A stretch of DNA of 64,000 nucleotides from Felis catus (taxonomy: Eukaryota), in assembly GCF_018350175.1 (NCBI RefSeq), contig NC_058373.1, positions 106,518,001 through 106,582,000 of the forward strand, given 5' to 3'. Shown here one piece after another: positions 1 to 13,390 of the stretch. The notes under the pieces are model-generated. The model worked only from the letters and a program-made list of their open reading frames with translations, had not been told where the DNA came from and made no database searches. Each line of letters begins with the position of its first letter. The stretch's first letter is position 1. Made by a program: the position numbers and the translations under genes.

Positions 1-89
1 TATTTCACAATAATACAAAAATAACAAACTCTTAATATATATAATGACATGAATGAATCTCAAAAGCATGTATTAAGAAAAAAAAGCCA

Positions 90-489
90 GACACATGAAA
101 AGATGCTGATCATCACCCATCATCGGGGAAATGCAAATCAATACTACAGTGAGATATCATGTCACACCCATCAGAATGGCTAAAATCAAATCACCAAAAA
201 ATAACAATCTTTGGCCAGGATATGGAGAAAAAGAAACCCTCTCACATTTTTGATGGGAATGCAAACTGGTGCAGCCACTATGGAAAACAGTATGGAGGAT
301 CCTCAGAAATTTAACCGCACCACTAGGTATTTACCCAAAAAAAATACAGAAATACTCATTCAAAAGGATACATCCACCCCTATGTTTATAGCAACATTAT
401 TTATGATAGCCAAGATATGGAAGCAGCCCAAGTATCCACTGATTAACAAATGGAAAAAGAGGATGTGGGGTTTGTGTGTTTACACACAG

Positions 490-543
<54 letters not shown>

Positions 544-945
544 TATTACTCAGCCATAAAAAAAGAATGAAAGCTGGCCATTTGCTGTAGCATGGCTAGA
601 GCTAAAGAGTCTAATGCTAAGCAAAATGAGTCGGTCAGAGAAAGACAAATACTGTATGATCTCACTCATATGTGGAATTTAAGAAACAAAACAAATGAGA
701 AGGAAAAAGAGTGAGAGAGACAAACCAAGAAACAGATTTTGAACTATAGGGAACTGATGGCTACCAGAGGGGAGGTGGATGGGAGGATGGGTGAAATAAG
801 TGATGGGGATTAAGGAGTGCACTTGTGATGAGCACCAGGTGATGTATAGAAGTGTTGAATCACTATATTTTACACCTGCAACTAATATAACACTGTATGT
901 TAACTGGAATTAAAATAAAGTAAAATTTAAGAGAAGGAAAAAAAG
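90..945 (+). mobile_element. L1 3' fragment (ORF2 end + 3' UTR) with internal (CA)n at ~494-539
   Basis: L1 ORF2 C-terminal peptide (TPMFIATLFMIAKIWKQPK) and carnivore L1 3' UTR ending in an A-rich tail. Confidence 0.9.
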
Positions 946-1380
946 TCAGATACAAAAATATTCCCTTCATACAGGTACAACTATTATGTGGTGATAGAAG
1001 CCAGAATAACGATTGCCTCTGGAAATGGGGGACTGACTGGGAGCAGTTGTATGAATGAGCCTTCCTGCATGAAATGTTCTTTCTTGATTTAGGGAATTGG
1101 TACCTGATGTGCATCTACCTGCCAGTACAAATAAGATTTGTTTGTTTTTCTATATGTAAATTACATCTCAGTATTTTTAAAAAATTAAATAGTATAATGA
1201 AATTAAATTAAAAGTCAGCCTGACATGTGGAGGATGTTTAATAGATTATGCATATCACTATTATACGAACTTAAATACCTGCTACTAACATCTGCTAAGT
1301 GTAACTGTATGCACTTGGAAAGATAAGCTAAACAAATTGACAAAGGAAGGCACATGTGATTTAAGAAGTGAAATTGTGGA

Positions 1381-1590
1381 GGGGCCCCTGGGTGGCTCAG
1401 TGGGTTAAGCGTCCAACTGCATCTCAGGTCATGATCTCATGGTTCATGAGTTCAAGCCCCACATCAAGTCTGTGCTGACAGCTCAGAGCCTGGAGCCTGC
1501 TTCAGATTTTGTGTCTCCCTCTCTCTCTGCCCCTCCCCTGCTCATTCTCTCTCTCTCTCTCTCTCAAAAACAAACATTAAAAATTTAAAA
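1381..1590 (+). mobile_element. CanSINE
   Basis: tRNA-like head GGGGC.CCTGGGTGGCTCAG, (CT)n, A tail. Confidence 0.92.
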
Positions 1591-2194
1591 AGAAATAAAA
1601 TTGTGAGTTGCAATTTCACAAAAGTGAGACACTGGAAAAAAATGCAAAACTTGTAGAGCCTATTGCCTTACAAATGGTTAGATAAACTTCAAAAAAGGTT
1701 CATTAATTACAAGCCATTGGAGTTTTGTCACTTGTATCATTTATTTTCAAAGTCTTCCATTTAGAAAGCAACAATGACAGCATGGTGCTTTTTTTTACAA
1801 ACATTTTAAAGGCACTAGGAAAAAAAGGGATTTATTTTAAGAAAATAAATGGGTTAAGATTTAGGTCAAAATCCCACAATGATTTGTATTTGTCCTTAAT
1901 TTGCTCCATGAAAAAAGCTGCTTTGAGAATCTCAGCATCCTCTTGGGATGCCCTTACTCCCAGGCTCTCTGCAAGAATACAGGCTGGTTTAGCAATGGAG
2001 GAGTGAGTCCTGTCTGGCAAAAGAACAAAGAAAACTTGTGCGTGTTCTCACAGGCACAAGTACACAGGGCTTAGACTTTTTTGCTTCTAGATGTCTCCCT
2101 GTGATCTCCTCACTTCTCCACCAGAGAAAACTAGCTATTCATTGATTCATTTATGTATTCTTTCATTCAAAAAATATGTTTTGAACACTCTTTT

Positions 2195-2420
2195 TAAAGT
2201 TTTTTTTTCCATGTTTACTCATTTTGAGAGAGAGAGAGAGCACAAGCACGTGAGTGGGGAAGGGCAGAGAGAGAGAGAGGGAGAGAAAGAGAATCCCAAG
2301 CAGGCACTATGCTGTCATCACACAGCCAGACACTGGACTCTAGCTCGAGAACCTTGGGATCATGACCTGAGCCAAAATCAAGAGTTGAATGTTTAACCGA
2401 CTGAGCCATCCAGGCACCCC
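2195..2420 (-). mobile_element. CanSINE
   Basis: Reverse SINE; TSD ttgaacactcttt on both sides. Confidence 0.92.
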
Positions 2421-3209
2421 TTGAACACTCTTTCATGCCAAGCATTGTTATGGGCCATGGAGATATAACAGTGAGAATCAGACTTCAGAGAACACAAAGT
2501 TTTCAAACAAGAAAAATGAACCAGGTATTCACAAGTGAGTTGCTATCACCAGGTTTCTGAATACAGGGCTGCTGATATAATCCTTCTTGCCTTACCATAT
2601 CAATCAGAAAATATTGTAAATAAGTGACAAAACCTCTATCCTTAGAGAAAGAACAACCCTGTTTTAGCCTGTGAATGTGGAATAATAGGAAGGAAACTAT
2701 TAAAGAATAGGGCTGAATGGGGGGAACCTCTTGAGTTTTCAAGTGAAGCAATCAATTTCTTCCACTGTGTCCTGGGGGAAGCAGAAGAGGATTCCAACTA
2801 ATGGAAAGGAAGAAAATCCCTACCTGGAGCCACAGTCCACCTCATGCCCAGATTCTGTCATGATACAGAGGAACCTGGACAACCCTTGATGCTTTGATTC
2901 ACAATCTTTTTGAATAGTAGACAGTGTAGTCAAGGTTGTGAGTCACCATGTTAAGGCCTTATTAATTTTCACACTTCATATTTCCATCATCAAAACTATA
3001 GAAACACATAGGCCCAAAGTAGAACTCCATAAACTTTACTAACCATGACCATATTTTATATACCAGTTCTAGCTGATTTCAAATACATTGACTGCAGCGA
3101 TGTCTTAAAATATTCTATAACCATGGTTCAATTGTGCTCCCTGGTCAGCTCAGACTGACAATACAAGGTATCAGGAAAGCAACTTACCTGAGAAATAATA
3201 GTATTTAAT

Positions 3210-3440
3210 ACTGATTAAATGCTTATAGTATAAGCTAGCCTCTGTTCTAAGTGCTTTCATACATAATAACTCAATGAAGCCTCATAACAACACTGTAAGG
3301 AAGGGTCTACTGATTTACAGATGAAGAAACTGAGACTCTCCTAGTTCAATCAACTTGCTCAACCCTGCACAATTAGAAAATGGTGGCCCATGGTTCAAAC
3401 ACAAAGCAACTCCAGATTCTATACTCTCAGACTACTGCCT
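3210..3440 (-). mobile_element. MIR
   Basis: MIR core tttacagatgaagaaactgag. Confidence 0.7.
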
Positions 3441-5582
3441 GTCAGCTACTGCTGGTTAGCTCCTGATCTGAACTGGACAGCATCTCAAGGACTTTTCCAA
3501 GGATCATGAATATGCTACTTTTCTACCAAGCCCAATGCACTGTGCTGCTTTAAAATCTTTCAAAAATTATTCTGACAATGGGTCAGTCACATGTTAGCCA
3601 ACACAGAGCATCAATTAGAGGTTATAGGAAACTGTATTATTTTCTCTTGCTGAAGAAATAATGAGTCCTCCTAGAGTACTCAGATTTATAGACAGAAAGG
3701 AGGTTGGTGGTGGCCAGGGATTGGGAGTAGGGAGAATGGGGAGCTATTGTTTAATGGGTAGAGTGAGTTCTTGAGATGGATGGCAATGATGGTTGCACAA
3801 TGTGAATGCACTTAACATCACTAAACTACATTTAAAAATGGTTAAGATGGTAAATATTACATTATGTGCTTCTTACCACAATTTGAAATAATATTTAAAA
3901 AAGATAATCATGAGTAAAAGTTAAATAAATAGCAAATCCTCCTGTTGCTTTAATAAATTACCAAATAGGTTAATATATTATCAAGGATCTTTTTGATACA
4001 TCTTATCAGAACTTGTCAAGCTTTTATTTTGTTCTCTAAGGTTTAAAACTTCATTAATGTTTATGGATGCTAAATAATGATATTATAAGGATGCAGTTAT
4101 GCAATCAACCTATATTCAGTCAGAACTGGTTAGTGCTTCTCCCTATCATAAATTGCTAATAAAGTAAAATCTATAAAACTTAATCACCTTATACATGAAC
4201 TTGACATTGCAGATTCCCTGCATCAATTAAAAATTAAAAGGGTTTATAGTTTGCACTTCTTGTATGGTTTTTACAAAAGCACTAGCTTTGTGATTCCTAA
4301 TGGTTTCTCTACATCTGTATAATCAATACTGTGTATGACCATTTCCTTAAAGAAAAGTTCAGTGAAATGTGATTTTAATATTAATACATTACATTTGCAA
4401 TGGAGTGCTATTATCTCTGAAAGTGTTTTACATTGATTGTCTCTTTCTGTATCCGCATTTCACTTAACAGCATCACCATGCACCCACGTGTTCAAGCCAG
4501 AAACAGAAATGATTTTGAAGAGTCTTTTTCATCTCCAAGTTCTACCCACTGTACTTTGTAAAATCTCTGCATCCCAACCCCTCTTGCTACCCACTGGCCA
4601 AAGGTCTGGCCTCACCATGTCTCAAAGGACTGCTGTGGAAGCCCCCTAACTCACCTCCCACCCATCACCCTGCTCCCCACTCTGACCTTCCACATTTGCC
4701 AGAGTGCTTTCTTAACACCAATCTGAAAGAGCTCCTGTCTTGATGAAGAAAACCTCAAATGATTCTCCATTATCAACAGAGAATAAAAGCTGAACTTCTC
4801 AGTATGGCACCCAGCAGCTTTGAGTGTTTCACAGCCCAGCCCCTACCCACCTTTCCCTCGTCCTTCCCCTTTTCCCAGGAGGGTCTCAGCACACACAGAA
4901 CCACTTGTCAGTATCCCCTCATGTCAGCTTTACAAGTGTACTCATTTGCACTCACTGAACCCTCTCCCTAGAAGATCCTCCCGCACAATTTTCCAGCATG
5001 TGAACTTCTTCTAGACTCAGAGAAAGAGGCTAGTTCATGCAGGTGCCATGGACAACTCCATAGAGCACATGTTAGAGGAGAAAAAAAATTCCCTGAACTC
5101 CAGCATCATACATGCCAGAACTATCGTAGATTAGGAACAGCAGTAGTTGAAATGATAAACATAGAGTTGATCAAGGCTCTGTATATAAAACTCTGAATTT
5201 AGAACAACTGCAAAATAGCTGAGAACTCTCTGTAATAATACTTTTGATGTCTGTAAGCCATCAGTCTGGGGTGAGCCATTAAAGGCCATGAACCAGGTTG
5301 GGATATAAGAGAATGGCAGTGACATCACGGTACAAGGAAGATGGAAGGAAAGAATCAGGACTAGAATAGTGACATGTCTCCTACCCCTTCCTGGCTACAG
5401 GTTCACTGGTGCTTTTACGAGGAAGGAGAAATAGAGTGATCTCAGGGATAAATCCTGGCCCAAATTTGCTTCTCTCCCTTCTCATTTTTCATACATGGCA
5501 GACATCACTCATCAAGCCCAGCATTCTTTTCCACACCATTCTTCTCATCCCAGCACCCATACCTAGAAGTTGGTATACACAT

Positions 5583-5584
<2 letters not shown>

Positions 5585-5622
<38 letters not shown>
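5585..5622. repeat. (CA)n microsatellite
   Basis: Read directly. Confidence 0.95.
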
Positions 5623-5624
<2 letters not shown>

Positions 5625-6444
5625 CTGTGCCACCTTGTTCTCAAGGTCCTCAGTATTCACCCGGAGCACCTACCCAGACATTTTTCTGCCTAGTGTTTCT
5701 CAAATATTTCCAATTAAGTAAGCATCATAAAGAAGAGTAAGTTTGTATCCCAAGGGCCTGTGAATGTAACCTAGATGCATGATGCAGGAAGCTTAAAGTC
5801 TCACATTTGAAAACTGCATGTGAATTTCCTCCCTAATGCATCCATTTATTTTGTAATAAAACCTAATGATTTAAAAGGCTTACTACTGGAGAAAATTGAC
5901 TTGGTCTAGTCTGGATTTGAGTTCCCTTGGTCCTTAGCCAGGTGCCTGCACATCTGTTTGTGATGCATAGTCTGTCCAATTCTGAAAACCATATGCAGTT
6001 TCATAGAAGCAGCCACTTCGAGGAGGCTGATTTTGCTTATGAACCAGCTATAATCTAGAGGCTTAAAGACAAAGGGGAATAAAGAGCTCTATACCCCTTC
6101 ATCACCATTCTAGAAACCTAGACTCTGAGAGACTCAAAACAAAAAGGATTCCTTTTTGAAAAGCAAGAAGGAAGAAATATGGTTTTAAGCAGGTTCTGAA
6201 TAGTCTTCTCCATGCTTTCTCTTGCTAATTTCTCATTCTTTAAAACTCAGTTCCAGAACCGCTTTCAGTCAAAGTGAAAGAAAAAGCATTTTCCAACCTT
6301 CCCTTCTGTTAAGATGCTTGACATAGCATTACGTACATAGGTCTATCATATTTTTCCACTATAAAATATAATTGTTGCTTAATATATCCCCTTTATTAGA
6401 CTATAAGTTTCTTGAGAAAAGAGGTTTTTAAAAACATTCTATTA

Positions 6445-6610
6445 GGGTGCCTTGGTGGCTCAGTCAAACGGCCAACTATAACTCAGGTAGTGATCTCATG
6501 GTTCATGAGTTTGAGCCCCATGTTGGGCTCTCTGCTGACAGCTCAGAGCGTGGAGCCTGCTTTGGATTCTGTATCTCCCTCTCTTTCTGCCCCTCCCCAG
6601 CTCATGCGCG

Positions 6611-6655
<45 letters not shown>

Positions 6656-6689
6656 ATAAATAAACATTAAAAACATAAATAAATAAAAA
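6445..6689 (+). mobile_element. CanSINE
   Basis: Head, (CT)n, A tail. Confidence 0.92.
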
Positions 6690-6814
6690 TGTTCTATCAA
6701 CACTTAGCATAACACCTGGCATGTAAGTGTATAATAATAATCAGTGCCCATCTTTTCATCACTGTCCCTCATGGGCACTATCTTATAAAATATTGTCTAC
6801 CAATAGTATTTTTT

Positions 6815-7029
6815 TAAAAAAATTTTTAATGTTTATTTATTTTTGAGAGAGACAAAGACAGAATGCGAGTGGGTTGGGGCAGAGAGAGAGGGAGGCACAG
6901 AATCTGAAGCAGGCTCCAGGCTCTGAGCTGTCAGCACAGAGCCTGACATGGGGCTTGAACTCACGAGCTGTGAGATCATGACCTGAGCTGAAGTCAGATG
7001 ATTAACTGACTGAGCCACCCAGGCGCCCC
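6815..7029 (-). mobile_element. CanSINE
   Basis: Reverse SINE with degenerate TSD ctaccaa.ag.atttt. Confidence 0.92.
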
Positions 7030-8261
7030 TACCAAAAGCATTTTAAAGAATAAAACCATTAACCAATGTTTCCATTTTATTAATCAAAGACCTTTTATCT
7101 GGCTATGCCATAAACATAAGTGAAAAATGTTTCTCAGTATTAAAATTACTTGTTATAACTTAAGTTGTTGGTTTTTGGTTTGCTCATGTGGGCTCATGTA
7201 AGTTTTAGCTAAGGATATAAAGCCCCAATATTAAAAATGTATGTGTCAATTTAAAGTCATTCATAGGACTTAGCACATAACAAACCTCAGTTTTTGCTGT
7301 AAAATCATGGAATCCTAAGACAAAAGGAATATAAAGAATATTGCGAGTAATCTAGTTCAACTTCCCTGTTGAAAATAAGCCTCCTTTTAAACATCCCTGA
7401 AAAGAGATCACACAGTCTCTGCTCAAACCTTCCAGGGACGGAGAGTGCCCTACTTCATGCTACATTTGCTTTTGAACAAGTCTAACTCCTGAACCCACAG
7501 ACTATTCCTGCCACATGAAGAGACAGCAGCAGACAGAGGCCAAGTAGACATGGAGGAAGCTGGCACGGGCCGCCCCACCTGGCAGTCAGGAAGTGGGCCC
7601 AGGGCCCGAACCGATTTACAAATCCCACGTGAAGACTTTTAGCCTGGCCATCTTTGCTGGGGTACCTGAAATCTTTTTTTTTTTTTTTTTGAGCAGACCC
7701 ACACCTGTCCTCAAGCTGCCTTCCAGGGCAGCCTCCTTCATCTCAAGAGAATGCCCAGATTTCAAAGGCCAAGAATTGAATTGGAAAGAGACTGCAATGT
7801 CTTGCTACCTACGAAATTCACCATTATTATTCCTATGAATAGAAAATGAGGATCTAACCTGTACCAGTCAGTACCTCAAGGCCACATCCCCTGTTTGAGG
7901 GCAAGGCTGCCAGGGGCCGAGGAGGAGCTCTTAATGACAATTGTGCCAAACTAATCTCAGTGCAAACTACTGCATTTTATTATGTAAATTCTCAGGAATA
8001 TTGAACACCTTATCAAGGGCATCCACTTAGTTAATTTAAAAAATATTAACAGAATTCATTGATCATCATCTTTAATCATAACTGACAAGAATTCTTATTT
8101 TTTAAGTTAGCACTTTAGAGTTTTAAAGACATTCAAAGTGGTATGACATGTGAAATTTTTTTGCTGATTAGTCTTATAACTCATATAAACAGGAGCAAGA
8201 ATTTACACTGTAATTGATTTAGTAGTGGTTACATGAGTAATACATAAAAGATCCAAATCCT

Positions 8262-8465
8262 GGGGTGCCTGGGTGGCTCTGTCGGTTAAGCATCTGACTC
8301 TTGATTTTGGCTCAGGTCATGATCTCCTAGTTCGTGAGTTTGAGTCCCACATCGGGCTCCGTGCTGACAGCATGGAGCCCGATGTGGGACTCTCTCTCCC
8401 TCTCTCTCCGCTCTCCTCTCTCTCTCTCCCTCTCTCTTTCTCAAAATAAATAAATAAACTTTAAA
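8262..8465 (+). mobile_element. CanSINE
   Basis: Head, (CT)n, A tail. Confidence 0.92.
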
Positions 8466-8840
8466 CAATGTTTTTGAAAAAATTCAAATCCTACTTCTAA
8501 ATATTTTGAATAGTTATTGATTCTGTGAATTCTGAAAGCTTATGAAAACTTGCTATGAGCCCAATATGATATTAAGATCTTTTTATGTAATCAAAGAATG
8601 AAATAAATCATCAAATGATGAAATTCTGACACAGATATATTTGACCTTCGGCTAGGGATTATAGACTATTGGAGACTTTACACTTACCTCGAGGGACTTT
8701 CATCCAAAGAAAAAACAACATGCATATATCTGATGCAATAAGAACACGTACCTGTACGTAAATCATCATTGATGAAAGGATAGGGAGGATCCCAAATCCT
8801 TAGCTGGCTATTTCAGTAGGCCCCCCAAAAAGAATGTGGC

Positions 8841-9024
8841 TTAATGTTTGTTTATTTTTGGGAGAGAGAGACAGGGTGTGAGCAGGGGAGGGGCAGAGAG
8901 AGGGGGAGACACAGCTCTGAGCTGTCAGCACAGAGCCTGATACAGGGCTCGAACTCACGAACCCTGAGATCATCACCCGAGCCAAAGTCAGATGCTTAAC
9001 TAACTGAGCTACCCCAGGCGCCCC
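8841..9024 (-). mobile_element. CanSINE
   Basis: Reverse SINE; TSD aagaatgtgg.tt. Confidence 0.92.
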
Positions 9025-10375
9025 AAGAATGTGGTTTAAATAAACATCCCTGAAAATATACCCCTGTTACCAGCTAGGACTTAAACCCCCATATCTCGTC
9101 CCCCCTCCTAATCGGCCTAGCAGGATTTCACTGGAACACTCGTGTTCTGTGTCTAATTTCCGGCCTTGGCTAGAAGTAAATAAAGGGAATTATGAAAAAT
9201 AGTGGTCACCGCTACTCAGATTAACCAAATGACTGTGCTGTTGTCTGCCACCCATTCAACGGCCACTGGATACTACAACTAACCTAAGAAGATACATACA
9301 ATGGGCCTCAAGTGCTGCCTGCATAACATTCTGTGCTAAATAAATGTTAACTTTTTCTTTACTTTGTTTTCTTTCCTCTCTTTTCCTTAACTACTCCCAT
9401 TTCTCAGTCAAGGTATAGAGTACATCTTTATATTTGAGCACGGTAAAGAAAACCCAGTTAACTCTCTCATACTGCTATCCAAACCACTGCATTGATGAAT
9501 CTCAGGGCTACTTGTGCAGAGGAGAAAAGTTTACAAATAATCCTTTATTTCTGAGAGAAAGCTCTGAGCTAATTTTTTCTCCATTTAGACCAGGCTAATT
9601 GCGAATCCTTTGGAAAATCCCCAGATGGAAGAAGGACCACTTGGGCCCACAGGCCTGACTCAGCCCACTACTTGATTTCATTCAGCCTGAAGGTGAGAAC
9701 GCTCTGGGCGGCCCTGCACAGAACACCCCAAGCTTCTTCCCCTAGGCCCCGGGGCCTACTGAGGTCACCCCACTTAGAAAACCTCTGCCAAGGTTTAATC
9801 TAAACAATTAAAAAGATGCAAATTATAACTGCAGAGGAAAGTAAGGCCAAGACCCCAATTCTAGACTTTAGGAAAGCTTTGGTACCTATCTCTCTTCACC
9901 CCCCCCCACCTTTTTTTTTTTTTTTTTTAGAAATCCATATATACATATATATTGGATTTTTTACAAATCCAATATATTCCCCCACCTTCCCATCCCTGTA
10001 GTCTATTTGGGTCCATTCCAAGCATCAAGCCTTCTCCCTCTATCACCATCACCCCAGGCGAAGATGCAGCTTTGGCCTTTCTCAGCTTCCACATTTGTAA
10101 AATGAGGATCACTAGACAAATGATATCAGCACTCCATCCATTCTAAAGCACTTAAGGAAGATTAATGATTATTGTGCAAATGAAAAAATTAATAGGGAAT
10201 TAAAACAATAATAAGAATGGCAAACATTTATAAGGTCCTTACTAAGTGTCAAGCATTACAAATATTTCATTGAACCCTAAAACCACTATACAGAGTTGGC
10301 ACTAAGGATTGTGCAAAGAGGGTGAGATGGTAAGTTTTTTCTCTTGCAAACATTTATTGTTTCTATAATTTTAAA

Positions 10376-10590
10376 TTTTTTTAATGTTTATTTATTTTTG
10401 AGAGAGAGAGAGACACAGAGCGTGAGAGGGAGAGTGTCAGAGAGTCAGAGAGAGAGACACAGAATCTGAAGCAGGCTCCAGGCTCCGAGCTATCAGCACT
10501 GTGCCTGATGTGGGGCTTGAACTCACGGACCGGACTGTGAGATCAGACCTGAGTCAAAGTCAGATGCCCAACTAAGCCACCCAGGGGCCC
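10376..10590 (-). mobile_element. CanSINE
   Basis: Reverse SINE; TSD tattgttt.tataattttaaa. Confidence 0.92.
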
Positions 10591-10662
10591 CTATTGTTTT
10601 TATAATTTTAAAACAAGACTGTGGAATTAAATACTTCCATGACAAAGAAAATTAACTAAATT

Positions 10663-10770
10663 GGGGCACCTGGGTGGCTCAGTCAGTTAAGTGTCCTACG
10701 TTAGATTTCAGCTCAGGTCATGATCTCATGGTTGGTGAGATCGAGCTCCGAGTCGGACTCTGTACTGGGC

Positions 10771-10810
<40 letters not shown>

Positions 10811-10840
10811 GCTCAAAATAAATAAATAAACATTAAAAAA
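10663..10840 (+). mobile_element. CanSINE (internally shortened)
   Basis: Head, (CT)n, A tail. Confidence 0.9.
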
Positions 10841-13185
10841 TCAATTAAATTATATTCCAGTTAACTCATACACAGTCATCTGCTGGTATCTTCTTTCCCT
10901 GCAGGACAGGGCCCTTCATAGAAGAAAAGAAGTTCTGGGCTCTTATTTTCAACCTATGTGCCAATTTTCCCTTTTATGAACTGAAAACTCCGCTTCACAA
11001 GATTCATTATACAATGGAACATATCAATATCAATTCAATACGCAAAAGACATTTTCACACAAACTATCACAGGGGAAACCTAATCACTGCATGTTAAGTG
11101 ATACAGTTAAAGGTTGACTTTGATGTCTCCTGTCTGACAGAATGGCAGAGCTTTCTTGTTAACAAATTGATTGAGATTTCATTTAGGAACCAACGTTCCT
11201 GGAAGTTATAATAATGGTTAAATAAGTACTGAGCACAAAGCACAGTATGACACTTAAAAAGGAAAACAAACAAACAAACAAACAAACACAAAGGGCCCGA
11301 TAGCCCACTGCAAACTATTCCCTACTCCTAATACATATTTACTTACCTTCAAGACAGGTTATTTCTGGGGCTCATTTCTTTAGAAAGAAGTATATTACCT
11401 CTCTTCAAAAAATTTTGATTGTTCCACATTATTTATAGAAATGAAGCTGATACTTCTGGACTGCTGATGTGCAAACATCCAAATTATAAACTGCTTGGCC
11501 TTTAAAAGACTATGCAGTTTCTAGGGAACAGTACTAGGTGTCCATTCTTTTTCACATTTCTGGTAAAATAAAATATAAAGACTTCTCTAACACCATGGAT
11601 TGGAGTAAATAAATAAACTCATACGAGCTCAGTTCCGGTAATGCAAACATGCTGGGTTACAATTTACCCTTGTATTATCTACAGTAAAAGGTCTGTTAAA
11701 CAAAACTCATAGTAGGAGCCACTCCAAACTTCCTATATTCTAGTGCTTAGGAGCCAGAGGCTGGTAAGATGTCTTCTGAAGCTGCCTTTGTGCAAGAATA
11801 ACCCTGTTTTTTACTTTGACGATGTATCCAGACACAAATAAAAGTAGTACAGAATTTTTAAAATATTATATGCACTTTTTACATAAAATTGAGAACACAT
11901 TACTTGTCCACATCAGAGGTTATTTGTTTGTTTGTTTGCTTATTTATTTCCTTACTGTGGCATTAGATGGCCCGTGGAAATATTAGAGGGAGAAGTAACA
12001 TCTTCTCCTACCCTACCTTCAAGCATCTCCTGATAATAACACTAAAGGGATGCTGCCTTAAGTAAAACTGGTTCCAAAAACTTTAGCAATGACTGAAGTA
12101 TACACAGAAGGGTACAGCATACAGAAAAGCAGCAAATGAACAAATGTTACCTCATTTACGTGGACACTGAAGATCCACCCAGAGCCACCATTTAGCCCTT
12201 CCCACGGAGGTGGAGACTAGCTACTGGCCCTTGGAAGAGCTTGGCTGGAATCCAGTATGGTGCCTCTAAGTACACACTCTTTCTCCCACCGCATTTATTT
12301 TTATATCCTGGTATGTAGTTAAGTGTCACCTACTCATACCTAGTACATACCTTGTATACACACATATAGAGAGAGTGCTTAATAAATATTTGTTGGATAA
12401 ATAAATGATTTATTTATGATGATTCAGTGAGATTTTACTGAATTGTAAAACTAGTGCCCTCAGAACACATTGTAAGTGCTACATAAGGGCCTGTTAGATA
12501 AATACTTTAGCTAATATGTGCATATATCTAGTTACCTAAATACTGGAGGGTCACAAATACCTAAGTACTAGAGGGTCACAAATCAGTGAGTACTGTAAAT
12601 GTAAAAAGATGGCTCGAGGACTTAAAACAGTACTATTCGGTTATTCTCCCTAAAACCCGCATCTAGACCAACACAGCCTCGATTGTACGCACTTAGCAAA
12701 TGTGAGGCACACACCTCTCAGTCTGTTTTCACTATAGTCTGCTCACATGAACACGGAGGGAACATCTGACAAAGGGAACAAGTCCCGGTCAGTATGTCTG
12801 TGCTGCACAGTTGGAAGCATTTCATTATTTATTATCATTTATTATTATTTATTATTTATTTATTATTGTCAGTTGATTCTCTCTGTGGTTCTTGGTCATT
12901 TCTGTTGTTCATCTACAAGTTCGCCAATTCTTTCCTTTGTCCTCTCCGTTCTACTGTTAGCGCATCCACTGAATTTCTGTGGTTTTTCTTTTTCTTCAAT
13001 TCTTTCAGTTACTGTATTGGTCACTCCTAAAATTTCCCTTTGGTTCTTCATTATATCTTCTATTTTTTCACTGAAACTTTTTATTTCCTTACTGGGACTT
13101 TCCATTTTATTACTTGTTTCACGTGTGTCCATCATAGCTTATGGAAGTATTTTTGTGATGGCTGCTTTAAAATCCTCCCCAGACA

Positions 13186-13390
13186 GGGGTGTCCGGGTGG
13201 TTCAGCTGGTTAAGCGTCTGACTTCAGTTCAGGTCATGATCTCATGGCTCATGAGTTCGAGGCCTGCATCAGGCTCTGTGCTGAAGCTCAGAGCCCAGAG
13301 CCTGCCTTAGATTCTGTGGCTCCCTCTCTCTCTGCCCCCCTCCCCCACTCACACTCTGTCTCTCTCCCTCAAAAATAAACATTAAAAATA
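13186..13390 (+). mobile_element. CanSINE inserted in old L1
   Basis: TSD ttaaaatcctc...caga. Confidence 0.92.

Noticed and set aside
12747..13310. 187-aa hydrophobic ORF resembling a membrane protein
   Set aside because: Antisense reading of an L1 ORF1 remnant plus (TTA)n, running into a SINE.
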